From positions 5,766,001 through 5,830,000 of the forward strand of contig CATNEN010000011.1 of assembly GCA_950097015.1 (NCBI GenBank): a DNA stretch of 64,000 nt. The letters are read 5' to 3'. Source of the stretch: Macrostomum hystrix (lineage: Eukaryota > Animalia > Platyhelminthes). Positions within the stretch are counted from its first letter, which is position 1, and every line of letters starts with the position of its first letter. A model generated the notes under the pieces. The model had not been told where the DNA came from. It saw only the letters and a list, made by a program, of their open reading frames with translations, and made no database searches. This document shows, in pieces, positions 59,292 through 64,000 of the stretch. Both the position numbers and the translations under genes were made by a program.

Positions 59292-60373
59292 TAGGGATGC
59301 CAACCGGTTTTAAAACCGGTTTAAAAAAACCGGTTTTTAGCAGGAAAACCGGTTCTAAAAAAACCGGTTTTTTTGTCCGGTTTTTTGACGGTTTTTAATG
59401 GGTTTTTTATTTTAATTATGTCTCACAGAGTCACAATTTTTGCACTTTGGAGAAAAAATAACTGGCAACAAAAGTCCTCAACTGCAACTGCAAGTATGCT
59501 CAACTCTGGAGAGTCGCATTGGCCGTGAACTGGAGTTCCTTCGCATTGCGCATCAGCGGGGAACACTGCTGACACAGCTTTTTGATAAGCTTCTACTAAT
59601 TCCGCCAACAAGTGTTGAAGCCGAGCGGTCATTTTCTGCTAGTGGCCTTTTTCTATCAAAGGTCAGGTCCCGCGGTTGTCAGACAGGACACTGTCCCGGC
59701 TGATTATGCTTCATCACTATTTTTGAAGTGATTTTTCTGAATTTAGTAAAGAGTAAAGACTATATTTATGCAGTGTTGGGCATTGTTAGATTTTTTTAAC
59801 TTCGTTAAGTTAATAAGCGTTAACAAAAAACTTTAACTTTAACTTCAACTTTAGTTAACTTTAAAAAAAATAAATTTAACTTCGTTAATAAAAGTTAAAA
59901 GTTAAATTTACTCAAATTTTGTCCTGAATATATTAAGCTGCACCATAGTACCCGTATTTTCCATTTGCCCTTTCATACTGGTTCTGATTCCTGAATTGGA
60001 ATAACTCTGCTTCTGGAACTTATCGTGAACTTTCTCGTGAAAAGGCTCATAGTCATTGATAGTTATTAACGCTTATTAACTTTTTAACGGACCATTATTT
60101 AGACCGAATTAGAATTCGCTAATTCTGTTGCGCCCAAATTTTGGCAGCCATTTTTGTACAATTTTATTTGTCATTAATAAATAAGTGAAATCGAAGTTTA
60201 TTTTCTGTTAAAATTAGTAATATCTATGTGTATCTATCTATCTTCTATGCGTATTTAGTGCTTTTTTAAAAACTTGGCACACAAACCGGTTTTTAAAAAC
60301 CGGTTTTCTTATAAAAGGCGGTTTTCAAACCGGTTAACCGGTTTTCAAAAAGGGCCGGTTTTTGGCATCTCTA
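59292..60373 (+). mobile_element. Non-autonomous hAT transposon (1082 bp) with transposase C-terminal remnant
   Basis: TIR TAGGGATGCCAA / TTGGCATCTCTA; 8-bp TSD GCCATCGT at 59284-59291 and 60374-60381; AACCGGTT subterminal repeats; ORF 59440-59703 has the dimerisation-domain motif PPTSVEAERSFS. Confidence 0.92.
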
Positions 60374-62349
60374 GCCATCGTGCCTTGCCATAGCCCATGT
60401 CCCATGATGAGCTTTAAATTTTCTGGTTTACCTACCGATTCCAAACCATCCATCTTTGTCATTTAGTCATTATCTTAATAATACTTGTAATTGTAAGTTG
60501 TTACTTCAACTCAGCTTGCGCTTGCGAGAACTTGCGGTTGCGACTGCGAGTTGCCGTCACTCCCGACATAACAATCGCAAGTACAAATTAATTCGCTGTT
60601 AGTGTCGCTGCCTGTGTGTACTCTTAGTTTACTTTATCTAATAAAATGGCGGTGACGGAGCCTAACAAACAATTCAGAACAGTCTTCAAACATTTCAAAC
60701 GTCTGTTCAAATCGGACAGACAGCCACATAAGATTCAAACACTGATCACACACACCAGGGCCACACGGCACAATCATACATGGAAATCGAACAGACAGCC
60801 AGACTATGCTTGATTCTTTACCCCCAATTTTCATTTTGGTAAGGAAAGAAAGGATGCGAAATGGAAAAGGCTTTGAAAGGGTTAGGGGGCTGTTGTACGA
60901 AGTGATGGCTTCTCGTGCCGTCTAAGGGGAGAGAGGCCTTCGTTTTGGGCTAAGGATTTTCTTCTCTAGCCCCCAAGCCAGCACACGAAAAGCCCAAAAA
61001 CCGATACGCGGCCAATGATTCAGACTAATGGGGAGGGGGCCCGGGACGGAGGAGGAGGGGTTGGTGTAAATGTACATGTGATGTGTGCGAGCGAGTTCTG
61101 CGCATCAGTCCGGCTGCCCCTCTCACCCTCTGCCACCCACCAAATCCCTCTCTTTACCAGTCTGAAAACTTCGACTATATTAATGCTGGCGCCTCCAGCC
61201 TTACACTCCGAACGACGCGGCCCTTCCTTTCCTTCCCTCCCTCCTTCCTTTCCGCCGGCGCTCGCTGTATCTTCCCCCGTTCGGTTCCAAAAACACGCTT
61301 CTGTTCTGTCTTGACGTTAAGTTCGTTGGACTTAGACCCAAACCAACAACAACCAGCTTTTGAAAGTTGAATCAAACTTTCTTTTCGACGAAGCTGATTC
61401 AACTTTTAAGCGGCTGTCGACTGAGTCTGAACCAAAGCGAAAGGAGCCCCCTGATTCTGTATTTGCCTTTTTACTTAGCAATTTGTCTACACGAGACCAT
61501 ACTTCTTTGCATACACATGCTGCATTCTCGGATTGGTGTCTTTGGCGGCGTTTGCTCGCCTCGCATCATAGATGAACCGAGTTGCCATGGAATGTAAAGA
61601 AGTATGTTCTTCGAAGACATTAATCGACTGTTAACTCTGGTAGCTAGAGTAGAGCATACTACATATTATGGTTGTTCTATGTCGCGTTTATTTATTAAAG
61701 GACGCAAAGTACTGTATTCAATATTCAATAATCAAGTTTCAATGTTGTTTTTCATTATCAAATATACAAGTTACTGAATATTGGATTCCTATACATTTAA
61801 CTACAAGTTTATTGAGGTGCTTAATATTGGATAATGCGACAATGAGACTACACCTAACTAACTAAAGGGAGCCTTACTTGTGCCCCGGACTCCAAATCGA
61901 TAAATAATCAGTATCCCATCAACTCGCTCCCTACTTATTTCCCTTAACTAAAAAGCGAGCGAGTTGCGGTCTAGTCTGCAAGTTCAACTCCTATCATTTA
62001 CTAAGAATCCTGTATTTCCATATGATGACTGATATCTAGAAGTGTAGGTAGGCCTGGGTAGGATATGACTGACACAGATTGTACAGTCATTAGGCTCTGA
62101 ACTGCTCCTTTTAGAAACAACAAAGAAAAAATTGCGGTTGCACAAAATCTTTCCAGCAATTTAGGTGTAATTAACTACAAGTAAACCAAATGCAAGTGTA
62201 TAAGGAGCCACATTCACGTAATGAATGGCGGGGTGTAATCAATGAACCTTGTAGGACAGGTATCGGTAAACTAGCAATCCTTGCTCATCATTCTCCCGCC
62301 TCATCTCTCTCTTGTGTCCTGTCTAATATACGACAGACTAAGTCTGTAC

Positions 62350-62580
62350 CGTCCTCTCTCTCGCCTCTCATCTCTCCCCAGTCACATCTCTATTCTGTCT
62401 CATGTCTCCCATATCTCATCTCTCCCTTGTCTAATCTCTCCACTGTCTCATCTCTCCCCTGTCTCATCTCTCCCCTGTCTCATCTCTCCCCTGTCTCATC
62501 TCTCCCTTGTCTCATCTCTCCCTTGTCTCATCTCTCCCCTGTCTCATCTCCCCCCTGTCTCATCTCTCTCCTGTCTCATT
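62350..62580. repeat. 16-bp CT-rich array TCTCATCTCTCCCCTG
   Basis: Tandem units. Confidence 0.85.
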
Positions 62581-63239
62581 TCTTTAAATGAAGTTACTTT
62601 AAAATTGACAGTTTCCTTAGATAAAGAATGGCAAACCAGTTGCAAGAACCAGGTTAAGAAAATAGATATCCTGTTCCCAAGTATGCTGAAACTGATCAAT
62701 ACCAGGTTTAAAAAACACAGAAACAATAATGTGAGAAGCCTCATGGGTGCTTTCAGTGAGAAAGCGAAGAATGACAAAACAACACCAGGCTAACCTTCAG
62801 GTGAGCATGAGGGATGAGAAGTGGATTTTACCCTATAATACTGTACGCCTTTTATCAGTCACTCCCCGACACCAGTGTTTCTTATCTCTCTCAGTAGTGT
62901 GTATTGTCTGTCAGTTGCCCGGTCACTCCCCAGTGTGTAATGTCTGTCAGTTGCCCAGTCACTCCCCAGTGTGTAAACCATCTTGATAACTAGGCACTGA
63001 ATATACAAGGCACTGAAATTTAGTAAAATTCTGACAGCAAAGTCAGTAATCAAAATCCACCATGTACTACCTTCAGTGGTAATTTGCTCATTTTACAGTC
63101 AGCAAGTGTCACGCAATAAAATACAAGATAACTTATACAAGATGCCGTCAAACAGTCAATAAACTCTGTCTTGCACAAAAGACACTGTTTAAGAGCTAAG
63201 ACGATTTCAAACAGATAAGATACAGTTTAACTATATTAT

Positions 63240-64000
63240 CCTACCTCTCTTTCATTCTCCTACCCTCTCCTTCATTCTCCTACCCTCTCCTTCATTCTCC
63301 TACCCTCTGCTTCATTCTCCTACCCTCTCCTTCATTCTCCTACCCTCTGCTTCATTCTCCTACCCTCTCCTTCATTCTCCTACCCTCTCCTTCATTCTCC
63401 TACCCTCTCCTTCATTCTCCTACCCTCTCCTTCATTCCCCTACCCTCTCCTTCATTCTCCTACCCTCTCCTTCATACTCCTACCCTCTCCTTCATTCTCC
63501 TACCCTCTCCTTCATTCTCCTACCCTCTCCTTCATTCTCATACCCTCTCCTTCATTCTCCTACCCTCTCCTTCATACTCCTACCCTCTCCTTCATTCTCC
63601 TACCCTCTGCTTCATTCTCCTACCCTCTGCTTCATTTTCCTACCCTCTCCTTCATTCCCCTACCCTCTCCTTCATACTCCTACCCTCTCCTTCATTCTCC
63701 TACCCTCTCCTTCATTCTCCTACCCTCTCCTTCATTCCCCTACCCTCTCCTTCATTCTCCTACCCTCTCCTTCATACTCCTACCCTCTCCTTCATTCTCC
63801 TACCCTCTCCTTCATTCTCCTACCCTCTCCTTCATTCTCATACCCTCTCCTTCATTCTCCTACCCTCTCCTTCATTCTCCTACCCTCTCCTTCATTCTCC
63901 TACCCTCTCCTTCATTCTCCTACCCTCTGCTTCATTCTCCTACCCTCTCCTTCATTCTCCTACCCTCTCCTTCATTCTCCTACCCTCTCCTTCATTCTCC
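63240..64000. repeat. 20-bp minisatellite TACCCTCTCCTTCATTCTCC, running off the window
   Basis: At least 38 units in exact 20-bp register. Confidence 0.96.

Noticed and set aside
60646-60813. Small ORF with strong AAAATGGCG start
   Set aside because: 55 aa, no recognisable domain, and it stops before the nearby GTAAG donor; unsupported.
62544-62793. Hydrophobic ORF resembling GPCR TM1 (ILGN)
   Set aside because: No downstream TM2 motif or supporting exons; cannot be supported.

Overview
Eukaryotic (metazoan) genomic DNA. GC-rich exons sit among GT-AG introns that are mostly filled by private tandem repeats. This architecture is compatible with a repeat-rich flatworm genome such as Macrostomum, but that assignment is inference only. 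I assembled eight protein-coding genes by hand with phase-consistent splice sites. On the minus strand: an ammonium transporter (5' part only), an intronless coiled-coil + NHL-propeller protein, a TMPPE-like metallophosphoesterase, a SULT4A1-like sulfotransferase, a PC7/furin-family proprotein convertase, a 4-EF-hand calmodulin-like protein and a calpain-5-like protease. On the plus strand: SSUH2. There are about 29 minisatellite or low-complexity arrays (mostly 16-23 bp units), two tRNA-derived SINE families (9 copies), and a Mutator-like and a hAT non-autonomous DNA transposon inserted side by side, both with intact TSDs. The most striking structure is a sulfotransferase intron made of 22 exact-register 55-bp copies of its own exon tail plus splice donor. 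Most long ORFs in the supplied track are artefacts of the repeats.
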